Positions 38,208-47,656 of a stretch of DNA of 64,000 bases are shown here, in pieces. The stretch covers positions 64,001 to 128,000 of the IMG/VR virus record IMGVR_UViG_3300027804_000038; one strand, given 5' to 3'. Positions within the stretch are counted from its first letter, which is position 1, and every line of letters begins with the position of its first letter. The notes beneath the pieces are model-generated. The model was not told where the DNA came from. It ran no database searches and saw nothing but the letters and a program-made list of their open reading frames with translations. A program made the translations under genes and the position numbers. This DNA comes from a virus (Duplodnaviria; Caudoviricetes).

Positions 38208-39027
38208 TTTTTTTTAGTATTTTAATTAATTCTGATGTTGAGATACCTTCTTTATCTGCTAATTTTTTTATTGATTCTAAGTTTTTTACTAATAATTTAC
38301 TTAAAGCTTTATTTTTTTTAGAAATATCTGTGTCTTTTGATTTTTTTCCTAGTAGTATATCTTCCACCATTTTAACCATTTTTTGTTTTCTTTCTTCATC
38401 TATTTTTTCTTTTTCAGATAAAGTTTGTTTTTTTGTCTTTTTAAAAGGATTTTTACCAAAGGCTCTAACTCTATCTGCGGCGTCTATAGGGTCTTCAACG
38501 CCAAGTTCATCCATGAACACTTCCATACTATCAGGACCGTTTAAGTCTTTAGTTTCTTCCCATCCAAAGGCATCCGAAAAATCAATCTCAGTAACAACGT
38601 TGTCATCATTATCATCAATACTCTCACCCCAATAAACTCGATAGCCTCTTGTTACAGGATTATTTGTTTGGTGACTCTGAGTCACTTCTTGGTCCATAGT
38701 TCCTTTAGGTGATATTTTAGGATTATATATTGGTATTTTAGAGCTTAAAAATGTTCCGTCATAATCTACTAGTTCGCCTAACTCTGACTTCAATTTTGAC
38801 AAATGTTTTTTAATTGAATCATTATCTTTAAGTTTTTTTTCTTTAAAAATTTTAGTTAGTTCTTTTTCAATTTTATTCTTATCTTTTTTATTAAATTTAA
38901 TTGAATCGTCTTTTTTTCTAGCTTCAGTTATAACATTGGAAACACTAAAATATAAGACAATATCATTTTTACCTTCTTTAAGATAAAAATAATAAGGACT
39001 TTTAAAATATTCTTTTCTAAATTCCAT
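38200..39027 (-). CDS. Hypothetical protein
   Basis: 275 aa, first gene after late motif at 39042-39048. Confidence 0.7.
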   Translation of the reverse strand: MEFRKEYFKSPYYFYLKEGKNDIVLYFSVSNVITEARKKDDSIKFNKKDKNKIEKELTKIFKEKKLKDNDSIKKHLSKLKSELGELVDYDGTFLSSKIPIYNPKISPKGTMDQEVTQSHQTNNPVTRGYRVYWGESIDDNDDNVVTEIDFSDAFGWEETKDLNGPDSMEVFMDELGVEDPIDAADRVRAFGKNPFKKTKKQTLSEKEKIDEERKQKMVKMVEDILLGKKSKDTDISKKNKALSKLLVKNLESIKKLADKEGISTSELIKILKKSE

Positions 39028-39041
39028 TAAGTTTTTTATCT

Positions 39042-39067
39042 ATAAATACATGGAAATGCGTATTTAT
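39042..39067. promoter_or_regulatory. Back-to-back divergent late promoters
   Basis: ATAAATA 39042-39048 (minus, 14 nt before ATG 39027) and TATTTAT 39061-39067 (plus, 6 nt before ATG 39074). Confidence 0.65.
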
Positions 39068-39073
39068 CATAAG

Positions 39074-41200
39074 ATGTCACAACAGAATATAAGAGAATAT
39101 AATTTTAAAAAATGGTATTTAAGACCTGTGGGTCAAATGCTTGATATAAATTTAGCCTCAGACGAAAGAGACTATAATGAGGAAGTAATATTCTCAACAA
39201 AACTAATCGGACAAGACGATGGTAATCGATTACCAATTTACTTTGATTTAAATAATACAGGGTCTTCACAGCAGATTACCATAAATTATGGAGATTACAT
39301 TTTTGCAAACACTTTAGTTTCATTAAATTATTATAACCCTAATAATGAAAATTTAAATTGCTTAACTTCAAGTACTTTATGTGACATAGGATTAACAGGT
39401 ATTGATAACGGACTTGTGCCTGAAATGACTGGTGAGACCATTAATTTTACTATGGGATTATATACAGGTACCACTAAATGGAATAGGTATTATTTTGATA
39501 GAAGACAAAAATTAATTTCCATAACTGGATATACAAATTTACCAAATGAAAGATTTTCAGGAAACACAAAAGAAACAGTATATGATATGGTATCAAAAAC
39601 TGGAGCCACTGTTGGGTATTATAATCAATTATATGGTGGATTTTATCAAGGATTTTTTAAATTATTTGGATATGATTATGAAACATTTCCTGAACGGACT
39701 AATAAAGGATGGACTGTTGAAATGTTGCTTAGAGCTCGTCAGGAAGAAGAGTTTTCTCCCACATCCGCACAAACAACTTTAAATTTAACATATCCTGAAA
39801 ATAAAAATACTTTTTTTTACTTTGGGACAAGAGCGGAAAACAAATTTTATCATCACGCTTCAGGGTCTCCTTCTTCTGATACAGGGTACACTAGAGTTAC
39901 ATCATACTTGGAGGGTTGTCTAAAAACCTGTGCATGCTCAAATACAGGGGTTACAAATTCTAGATGTATTGAGGTTTACGAACCAATGTTATACACATCA
40001 GAAAGTAATTCAAATTGTAATTGTGTTTGTGAAACAACATCTGAAGTTCTTAATAATGATAAAAATCCCCTTTATGATTCGATGTCAAATTCATTTTCAT
40101 TGCGATTATCAGGTGACCCAAAAAATCCTAAAATTTGTGTTAAAGTTTTAACTTTTACAGGAGGATGTGTTACAACAGGGACTTGTCCTACAACTGGTAT
40201 AACATATCAAACAGGATATACTATAAATGAATATTGTTCATCTAATCAAATTTTTAATTATTGTGCGAATGAAAATTCTTTATTTTTAAACACTGAACAT
40301 TGGTTTTTAATTGATTGTGTATGGGAAAGAAATTCTTATTATGATACATGTGATTTATATTATAATGGTGGATTAGGACTAATATCTAAAAATGTATATG
40401 TGAATAGTTTATCTAATAATTCTGTGTTACTTATACAACCACCAATAACCCACACTGGTAATACTCCAGCTGAAACTGTTGAAATTGTAAATCTTAATGA
40501 AAGGTGGTTGATAGAAAGAGATGAAAGATTAGGTTCGTTAAAAATATTCGTAAACGGTAAATTATTTTATGTGATTAATGGATTTGAAGAAGTAATACCA
40601 AGGGGACTAAACACTGAAAAAGAAAAACAAATTGGTGTTCCGTTTAATATGTCGTGGGGAGGTGGTACACAGGGGTTAAGAGAAAGTTTAACTTTTTCTG
40701 GATGTCCAACAAGTTTAACAGGTAATACATACATACAAGACCCTGAATCAATGCCTAATCAAACATTATCAGGTACTTCTTTATCTGCCTTAACTACAAA
40801 TATATTAATAGAACCAACTTTTGGAGGTTCTTTTGATGGGGCAATATCTCAATTTAGAATGTACGTTGAACCTTTGAGTTATCCTGAGATATTACATAAT
40901 TTTGATATATTAAAAAATCAATTCGAATTGTTTGATTTCAGATGTCCTAATTGTCCAACAGGTTTAACCTATAATATAGGATATAGTGGTAATGGAACTT
41001 CAATATTATTTTCATCCACAACACTTAGTTCGTATACTTTTAATTTATCTTATTCGTCTGAGACCTACCCAAATAGATATTCGGTAGGTAGTGGATTAAC
41101 ATTTAATAATGTTATTACTCCACCATCGTATGAAAATTCATTTTATTATTTTTATTTTTCAGGGTTTGACCAAACTATAAAAGTTAATTTCACTATTTAA
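39074..41200 (+). CDS. Putative virion surface protein, Cys- and Thr/Gly-rich, LamG/ConA-like fold elements
   Basis: Start moved to ATG 39074 (MSQQN), 6 nt after late motif; GWTVEM, LKIFVNGK, FDGAISQFRMY are LamG-like; 13 [ST]GxT motifs; many Cys. Confidence 0.6.
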   Translation: MSQQNIREYNFKKWYLRPVGQMLDINLASDERDYNEEVIFSTKLIGQDDGNRLPIYFDLNNTGSSQQITINYGDYIFANTLVSLNYYNPNNENLNCLTSSTLCDIGLTGIDNGLVPEMTGETINFTMGLYTGTTKWNRYYFDRRQKLISITGYTNLPNERFSGNTKETVYDMVSKTGATVGYYNQLYGGFYQGFFKLFGYDYETFPERTNKGWTVEMLLRARQEEEFSPTSAQTTLNLTYPENKNTFFYFGTRAENKFYHHASGSPSSDTGYTRVTSYLEGCLKTCACSNTGVTNSRCIEVYEPMLYTSESNSNCNCVCETTSEVLNNDKNPLYDSMSNSFSLRLSGDPKNPKICVKVLTFTGGCVTTGTCPTTGITYQTGYTINEYCSSNQIFNYCANENSLFLNTEHWFLIDCVWERNSYYDTCDLYYNGGLGLISKNVYVNSLSNNSVLLIQPPITHTGNTPAETVEIVNLNERWLIERDERLGSLKIFVNGKLFYVINGFEEVIPRGLNTEKEKQIGVPFNMSWGGGTQGLRESLTFSGCPTSLTGNTYIQDPESMPNQTLSGTSLSALTTNILIEPTFGGSFDGAISQFRMYVEPLSYPEILHNFDILKNQFELFDFRCPNCPTGLTYNIGYSGNGTSILFSSTTLSSYTFNLSYSSETYPNRYSVGSGLTFNNVITPPSYENSFYYFYFSGFDQTIKVNFTI

Positions 41201-41204
41201 GAAT

Positions 41205-41211
41205 TATTTAT
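41205..41211 (+). promoter_or_regulatory. Putative late promoter TATTTAT for GT60 cluster
   Basis: 28 nt before ATG 41240; very AT-rich context so weaker. Confidence 0.35.
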
Positions 41212-41239
41212 TTTTTTTATTTTTTAAAAAAATAAATAA

Positions 41240-42484
41240 ATGAAAATTTATATTCAAATTGCGTCATATCGTGACCCACAATTATTACCAACAATCGAAT
41301 CCGCATTAAAAAATGCAAAATTTCCTGAAAATTTAGTTTTTGGTATTGCCAGACAATATTCGGATGAGGATAAATTTGATAGGTTAGATGATTATTACAA
41401 AGATGATAGATTTAGAATAATTGATATACCTTATACTGAGTCAAAAGGAGCTTGTTGGGCTAGAAATAAAATACAACAATATTATAGCGGTGAAACCTAT
41501 ACATTACAAATTGATTCTCATATGAGATTTGCTGAAAATTGGGATTATGAGATGATTGAAATGGTAAAAGATTTACAATTAAAAGGATATAAAAAACCAT
41601 TATTAACGGGTTATGTTTCATCTTTTGACCCTGACAATGACCCCCAACTAAGGATACAAGAACCATGGAGAATGGTTTTTGATAGATTTATACCTGAAGG
41701 AGCAGTTTTCTTTTTACCTGAAACAATCCCAAATTGGAGAGATTTGAGTGGTCCTGTCCCATCAAGATTTTACTCCGCACATTTTTGTTTTACGGTTGGT
41801 GAATTCGCTAAAGAAGTCCAACATGACCCAGAATTTTATTTTCACGGTGAAGAAATTTCAATAGCCGCAAGAGCATATACACATGGTTACGATTTGTTTC
41901 ATCCTCATAAAGTTTTAATTTGGCACGAATACACTCGTAAGGGTAGAACAAAACAATGGGATGATGATAAAAATTGGGTTGAAAAAAATAATTTTTGTCA
42001 TAAGAAAAATCGTTCCCTTTTTGGAATGGACAATGAATCAGAAATGGACTTTGGTAAATACGGTTTTGGAACTGAAAGGTCACTAAGGGAATATGAAAAA
42101 TACTCAGGACTACTATTCTCAAAAAGAGCGGTTCAACAATATACAATAGACAAACACTATCCTCCAAATCCTTATAATTTTAATGATGAAGAAGAATGGA
42201 TGAACTCATTCTCAACAATATTTAAACATTGTATTGATGTATCATATAATCAAGTACCTGAAGACGATTACGATTTTTGGGTTGTTGCTTTTCACGATGA
42301 AAATGACGATACAATACATAGACAAGATATTGATGGAGAAGGCATTAAAATGTTAAAAAATGACCCTGATGGTTATTGTAAAATTTGGAGACAATTTAAT
42401 ACCGATAAAAAACCAAAGTATTGGGTTGTTTGGCCACACTCAATATCTAAAGGATGGTGTGATAGAATAACAGGTAATTTATAA
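41240..42484 (+). CDS. GT60-like polypeptide N-acetylglucosaminyltransferase (Skp1 GlcNAc-transferase family)
   Basis: IYIQIASYRDPQL, SKGACWARN, YTLQIDSHMRF, LLTGY, YFHGEEISIAARAYTHGYDLFHP, WHEY. Confidence 0.85.
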   Translation: MKIYIQIASYRDPQLLPTIESALKNAKFPENLVFGIARQYSDEDKFDRLDDYYKDDRFRIIDIPYTESKGACWARNKIQQYYSGETYTLQIDSHMRFAENWDYEMIEMVKDLQLKGYKKPLLTGYVSSFDPDNDPQLRIQEPWRMVFDRFIPEGAVFFLPETIPNWRDLSGPVPSRFYSAHFCFTVGEFAKEVQHDPEFYFHGEEISIAARAYTHGYDLFHPHKVLIWHEYTRKGRTKQWDDDKNWVEKNNFCHKKNRSLFGMDNESEMDFGKYGFGTERSLREYEKYSGLLFSKRAVQQYTIDKHYPPNPYNFNDEEEWMNSFSTIFKHCIDVSYNQVPEDDYDFWVVAFHDENDDTIHRQDIDGEGIKMLKNDPDGYCKIWRQFNTDKKPKYWVVWPHSISKGWCDRITGNL

Positions 42485-42488
42485 TATT

Positions 42489-43199
42489 ATGGAATTTTGT
42501 TTTGCAACCTTTTGTTTTGGTGAAAGATACTATAATCAAGTAAATAGGTTTATTGAGGATATTGAAAAATCTGATTTTAAACCAACCTTGGTTGTTGTTA
42601 CTGACAACCCAAATAAAATTTTAAAATATGATTTTGTTAAAGTTTTTAACATTTTAGAATTTAATTCAGATTATTCAGATTATGCTAAAAATTACTACGA
42701 TTTTGATTTTTCAGTTAAAAGATATTCTGTAAGAGCTTCTTTTAATTTGGGGTATACAAATATTATTTTAGTAGATGCGGATATGAGAGTTAATTATAAT
42801 CTATTTAATATGGATACAATATATAGTTCATTTACTATAAATTCAATATTAGGTCCTGTAACTTATAATTTTACAGAACAGATTAAAACAAATAGTGAAC
42901 TTGGGGTCCGTTTTATGGAATATGAAAAATATTTTAACATAAATGTAGATAAATCTAATTTGGATTTTATGCCAGAGGATTGTGTCCAATATATAAGTTT
43001 AGATTATGAAAAATACAAACACTTTTTAGATACATGGGATAAGTGTATTGAATATAAGAAAAATAAACCTTTAAGGAATATACCCGCAGGAAACATAGAC
43101 GAAATGTGTTTTTCCGCACTAATTAATGGTATATCTGTAGGTAATAATTCAAGTAAATCTTTAAATATTGTTTATGCAGAACATGACAAATGGTACTAA
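42489..43199 (+). CDS. Putative glycosyltransferase (GT-A fold)
   Basis: VVVTD, KRYSV, ILVDADM DxD motif, DEMCFS; embedded in GT cluster. Confidence 0.6.
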   Translation: MEFCFATFCFGERYYNQVNRFIEDIEKSDFKPTLVVVTDNPNKILKYDFVKVFNILEFNSDYSDYAKNYYDFDFSVKRYSVRASFNLGYTNIILVDADMRVNYNLFNMDTIYSSFTINSILGPVTYNFTEQIKTNSELGVRFMEYEKYFNINVDKSNLDFMPEDCVQYISLDYEKYKHFLDTWDKCIEYKKNKPLRNIPAGNIDEMCFSALINGISVGNNSSKSLNIVYAEHDKWY

Positions 43200-44037
43200 A
43201 ATAGTTTCTTCAATATACGAATTGAATTATGTCCAACAAAGAAATGGGGAAAGATATAAAAATTTTCCACTACTTGTTGCAACAATTAAAAATTTAATTT
43301 TTCCTGAATATAACTATGTAATATATACTGATAAAAATTCATATGATAAGTTTAATTTAAAAGACGAATTTAATTACTCAAACGTAGAATTTAAATTTAA
43401 AGAATTGAACACTTCTGAAACTTGTGAATTAATTGATAAAATCAGAACTGAAGAATTATCAGGTGGGATGAATTATGATAGAATTTATTGCGTAAACAAT
43501 TATTTGGAAGTCGTTATAAACAAACTAAAATTTTTAATTGACGAATCATTTGATTGTGAATCTATTTTTTGGATTGATGCGGGTTTAATAGGTACATCAT
43601 GTCATGATGGATGGAGAGATTACATGGCACCTTTAATCAATTCTAAAAATTTTTTAGACAAAACGGTTGATAAAATCAATAAACATGGTTTCATTCATTT
43701 AAAGGGTAATTCAATTGTGATGAATTATGAAATGAAAGATAGATTTAGAGATTTATTTGGTGTAGAGTTGGATGTAGTTCCAGGTTGTTTATTTGGGGGT
43801 AAATCTGAAAAGGTTAGAAATATTTTAGATGGTTATTTAGATATTTTTGTAAGTTATTTAAAAACACATAACCAATTAATTAGTGAACAAGAAGTACTAA
43901 CCGTACTAACTCAAATTAAAAAGGAAGAATGTTATGCTTTTGAATTTGACGATTGGTTAGACTTACAAAAGTCTTTTTTGAAAATCTTAGACATTTATGA
44001 TGAATCAAAATATGTAAGGGAAAAATGTTATGTTTAA
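43183..44037 (+). CDS. WlaTC/HtrL(YibB)-like glycosyltransferase
   Basis: FWIDAGL, GCLFGG, SEQEVLT motifs shared with the 44590 N-domain; start uncertain (43174 or 43183). Confidence 0.65.
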   Translation: MTNGTKIVSSIYELNYVQQRNGERYKNFPLLVATIKNLIFPEYNYVIYTDKNSYDKFNLKDEFNYSNVEFKFKELNTSETCELIDKIRTEELSGGMNYDRIYCVNNYLEVVINKLKFLIDESFDCESIFWIDAGLIGTSCHDGWRDYMAPLINSKNFLDKTVDKINKHGFIHLKGNSIVMNYEMKDRFRDLFGVELDVVPGCLFGGKSEKVRNILDGYLDIFVSYLKTHNQLISEQEVLTVLTQIKKEECYAFEFDDWLDLQKSFLKILDIYDESKYVREKCYV

Positions 44038-44593
44038 AATAAACATTGTGTGTACAACAATTGGAAGAATCACCTTACCTAGATTAATAGAATCTTTTAA
44101 GAATCAATTAAGTGAGGATGATATTTTTACTATAATTTCAGATACAAATCATTCGTATGTTGGGGAAATATTAAAATTATTTGATTTTAAGTTTAAAGTT
44201 AATCATATTATTAATGAAGGTGAAAGAATGTGGAAATACGGACACCCTTTAATTAACAAATACATTAATGAGTTGGAGGGTGATTTTATCATGTTTGCAG
44301 ATGATGACGATAGATACACTGAGAACGCTTTTAAAGTCATAAAAGAAACCATCAAAGATAAAAATACTTTATATATTTTTAAACACAATTGGTTGGGGGA
44401 TATTAATTGGAAACTTAAAGATTTTACAAGAGGTAATGTTGGTAAATGTATGGGGGTAATACCAAATACCCGTAATTTACCTAAGTTCCAAGAGGATGTT
44501 TTTGGAGATGTTATTTTTTATGAAGAAATAAGTAAAATGTTTAAAAGTGAATTTATTGATTATATAATTTATAAAGTTAGAGATACTGAATGA
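44030..44593 (+). CDS. Glycosyltransferase, GT2-like
   Basis: CTTIGR, YGHPLIN, MFADDDDRY, GDVIFY. Confidence 0.75.
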   Translation: MFKINIVCTTIGRITLPRLIESFKNQLSEDDIFTIISDTNHSYVGEILKLFDFKFKVNHIINEGERMWKYGHPLINKYINELEGDFIMFADDDDRYTENAFKVIKETIKDKNTLYIFKHNWLGDINWKLKDFTRGNVGKCMGVIPNTRNLPKFQEDVFGDVIFYEEISKMFKSEFIDYIIYKVRDTE

Positions 44594-46257
44594 AAAATAT
44601 TACTCTTGTTACAGGTCTTTGGGATATTGGTAGAGAAAATTTATCCGAGGGTTGGTCTAGACCATTTTCACATTATTTAGAAAAATTTGAACAGCTTTTA
44701 AAAGTTGAAAACAATTTAATAATTTTTGGTGAAGAAAATATTGAAGAATTTATTTGGGAAAGAAGAGAGTCTCATAATACACAGTTTATAAAAAGAGATA
44801 AACAATGGTTCATTGATAATGAATTTTTTGGAAAAATACAAAAAATAAGAAATAACCCTGACTGGTATAATCAATCTACGTGGTTAAGAGACTCAACCCA
44901 AGGAAAATTAGAGATGTATAATCCTTTAGTTATGTCTAAAATGTTTTTATTAAATGACGCTAGAATTTTAGATAAATTTGATTCCGATTTAATGTTTTGG
45001 ATTGATGCTGGATTAACAAATACTGTACATTATGGTTATTTTACTCACGATAAAGTTTTAGATAATCTACCAAAATACATTACTAAATTTTCATTTGTAT
45101 GTTTTCCATATGATGCAAATAATGAAATACATGGATTCTCATACCCAAAAATAAATGATTGGGCTGAGAATGATGTTAAAAAAGTTGCGAGGGGTGGATT
45201 TTTTGGAGGACCAAAAGATAGTATCTCAGAGGTTAATTCAATATATTATTCTTTATTAAATGACACATTAGTTAACGATTATATGGGTACGGAAGAATCA
45301 ATATTTTCAATAATGGTCTATAAAAATTCAGAAATTATAAATTATTTTGAAATAGAGTATAATGGACTATTAAGTAAATTTTTTGAAGATTTAAAAAACG
45401 ATAAATTAATAGTTAAATCTGAAAAAAAATTATCTGTTAATTTTGATATTGAAAAAACCGCATTATATGTCATAACATTTAACAGTCCTAATCAATTTGA
45501 GACTTTAATTAACTCAATGATGGAATATGATTCTGATTTTATTCACAAACCAAAAAAATTTTTATTAGATAATTCAACTGATTTGTCTACAACTGAAAGG
45601 TACTTAGAGATATGTAAAGAATACGATTTTGAACATATTAAAAAAGATAACATTGGGATTACTGGAGGTAGACAATTTATAGCTGAACATTTTTATAATA
45701 CTGAGTTAGATTATATGTTTTTCTTTGAGGATGATATGTTTTTTTATTCTAAAAAAGGTGAGGTATGTAAAAATGGGTTTAATCGGTACACAGATTCTTT
45801 ATATCAAAAAAGTTTAGAAATAATTAATAAAGAAAATTTTGATTTTATAAAATTAAACTTTACTGAATTTTATGGGGATAACAGTACACAGTGGAGTTGG
45901 TATAATGTCCCTCAAAATTTTAGAGAGTCTCATTGGCCAAAAAATAAAAAATTACCTAAAATGGGATTGGACCCAAATGCCCCAAGAACAAAATTTAATG
46001 AAATAAAATCTCATAAAGGGGTTCCATACGCATCAGGAGAAGTTTATCTATGTAATTGGCCCATATTACTATCAAAACAGGGAAACTATAAATGTTATAT
46101 TGAAACAAAATATGAACATCCTTTTGAACAAACATTAATGTCCCACAATTTCCAAGAAACTATTAAAGGAAATTTAAAACCTGGAATATTATTAATGACC
46201 CCTACCGAACATAATCGATTTGACCATTATGATTCTTCTTTAAGAAAAGAGTGTTAA
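44590..46257 (+). CDS. WlaTC/HtrL-like plus GT2-like fusion glycosyltransferase
   Basis: ITLVTGLWDIGRENL, YNPLVMSKMFLL, FWIDAGL, GGFFGG, GTEESIFS; C-half LLDNS, ITGGRQFIAEHF, FFEDDMF. Confidence 0.78.
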   Translation: MKNITLVTGLWDIGRENLSEGWSRPFSHYLEKFEQLLKVENNLIIFGEENIEEFIWERRESHNTQFIKRDKQWFIDNEFFGKIQKIRNNPDWYNQSTWLRDSTQGKLEMYNPLVMSKMFLLNDARILDKFDSDLMFWIDAGLTNTVHYGYFTHDKVLDNLPKYITKFSFVCFPYDANNEIHGFSYPKINDWAENDVKKVARGGFFGGPKDSISEVNSIYYSLLNDTLVNDYMGTEESIFSIMVYKNSEIINYFEIEYNGLLSKFFEDLKNDKLIVKSEKKLSVNFDIEKTALYVITFNSPNQFETLINSMMEYDSDFIHKPKKFLLDNSTDLSTTERYLEICKEYDFEHIKKDNIGITGGRQFIAEHFYNTELDYMFFFEDDMFFYSKKGEVCKNGFNRYTDSLYQKSLEIINKENFDFIKLNFTEFYGDNSTQWSWYNVPQNFRESHWPKNKKLPKMGLDPNAPRTKFNEIKSHKGVPYASGEVYLCNWPILLSKQGNYKCYIETKYEHPFEQTLMSHNFQETIKGNLKPGILLMTPTEHNRFDHYDSSLRKEC

Positions 46258-46262
46258 TTCTA

Positions 46263-46269
46263 TATTTAT
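46263..46269 (+). promoter_or_regulatory. Putative late promoter TATTTAT
   Basis: 5 nt before ATG 46275. Confidence 0.55.
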
Positions 46270-46274
46270 GTAAT

Positions 46275-46655
46275 ATGGAATTTTTCATAAAACAAGGTGC
46301 GACTTTACCGTTATTAAAAATGCAATTCTTTGAGGATGGAAAATCCTCTATGGATGATTTTAATTCTTTGGTTGAAAATTCAGCTATTTATTTTTCGATG
46401 AAAAATGCTGAGACGGGAGTATATAAATTTTTAAATAAACCTGCGGGTATTACAACGAAGACATTTATTGAACCTAATGCCAAGGTAGAATATTATATTT
46501 ACTATAAATTTTCTTCTTCAGATACTAATAAAGTTGGTAGATATGAAGGGGAATTTTTAATAGTGTCTGATGATGGTACTGCAATTCTACCAATTACTGA
46601 AAAATTATACATAAACATTGGAGAAAAATTTGTAATTAATGGACTTTTATATTAA
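46275..46655 (+). CDS. BppU-N-like virion adaptor protein
   Basis: Start moved to ATG 46275 (MEFFIKQGATLP), 5 nt after late motif; Y.F...DT..VG.YEGEF.I pattern. Confidence 0.65.
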   Translation: MEFFIKQGATLPLLKMQFFEDGKSSMDDFNSLVENSAIYFSMKNAETGVYKFLNKPAGITTKTFIEPNAKVEYYIYYKFSSSDTNKVGRYEGEFLIVSDDGTAILPITEKLYINIGEKFVINGLLY

Positions 46656-47571
46656 AAAAGGAGCTTCATTACCGATATTAAAAGTCGAGATGTGTTTAGA
46701 TGGTAGAAGTGACTATCACCTTAACTCTTATATTAACAGTGAGTTACCTGTTTATTTATCATTAATTAACGAATCAAATGGTACTATTTTGTTCGCCTCA
46801 AAAGAGTGTTTTGTAACTTCTGAATTTTCTTCGTTTGAAAATAAAATGTTGTATTATATTAATTACCAATTTACTAGAAAGGAAACTAATGAAATAGGTA
46901 AATTTACAACTCAATTTTCTATATCAAGTGATAATGGTGTAGTATTACTTCCATTAAAAGAGAAGATATATGTAAACATAATTGACTCATTTTCTGTTAA
47001 TGATTTTGGAAGTCAATCAAAATATATCGTAGACTTACCATGTTGCAATCCCCCAAATCCAACACCAACCCCGACACAGACCCCAACACCTACTCAAACT
47101 CAAACACCGACACAAACTAACACTCAAACACCTACACAGACGCAAACACCTACACAAACACAAACGCAAACGCCTACACAAACCCAAACACCTACGCAGA
47201 CTAGTTCGCAGACCCCAACTCCAACATTAACCCCAACCCAAACAAATACCCCAACACCGTCAAATAGTAATTTTATTTATTCTTTTACATCAAATTCTTC
47301 AATAAATACTTTAAGGATTGACGATGTAACTTTAGGTTACTCAATTATTGTAACTACAAATACTACTTCTAATTTTATATTACCTAGTGGAAATACATAT
47401 AGAGTTAGGTTAATCTTTACCCCTGGTGGAGGTTCATCCGCAACTTTAAGATTGACTAAAAATGGAGTTGCAATATTCGATAGTACAATTCTATCACCAG
47501 GCACTCTGGATACGGGTAATTTAGTCGCAACAAATGCTCAATACATTTGTACCGCAACGATTCCAAAATAG
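46639..47571 (+). CDS. BppU-N-like domain + Pro/Thr/Gln mucin-like linker + C-terminal beta domain
   Basis: N-domain paralogous to upstream gene (MDFYIKKGASLP); ~70 aa PT/QT repeat. Confidence 0.7.
   Translation: MDFYIKKGASLPILKVEMCLDGRSDYHLNSYINSELPVYLSLINESNGTILFASKECFVTSEFSSFENKMLYYINYQFTRKETNEIGKFTTQFSISSDNGVVLLPLKEKIYVNIIDSFSVNDFGSQSKYIVDLPCCNPPNPTPTPTQTPTPTQTQTPTQTNTQTPTQTQTPTQTQTQTPTQTQTPTQTSSQTPTPTLTPTQTNTPTPSNSNFIYSFTSNSSINTLRIDDVTLGYSIIVTTNTTSNFILPSGNTYRVRLIFTPGGGSSATLRLTKNGVAIFDSTILSPGTLDTGNLVATNAQYICTATIPK
47050..47262 (+). repeat. Coding low-complexity repeat (PTPTPTQTPTPTQTQ...)
   Basis: Imperfect 6-12 nt period with varied synonymous codons. Confidence 0.95.
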
Positions 47572-47602
47572 TTGACTTAAACATTTTTATTTGATATTTT
47601 TT
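47572..47602 (+). promoter_or_regulatory. Putative early promoter of DNA polymerase
   Basis: TTGACT at 47572, TATTTTTT at 47595 (TTG-N20-TA). Confidence 0.5.
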
Positions 47603-47656
47603 AAAAAAGGTAAATTTCGACCTATAATTCGAAAGCAAATACACCAAATTTATTAA

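Noticed and set aside
38135-38635. 166 aa plus-strand ORF
   Set aside because: Antisense shadow of the 38200-39027 gene; Ser/Phe/Leu-rich composition typical of reverse-read Lys/Glu codons, no promoter motif
47050-47262. Repeat tract as a CRISPR array or DNA-level tandem repeat element
   Set aside because: No constant repeat with unique spacers; in-frame and synonymously diverged, so it is a protein low-complexity linker
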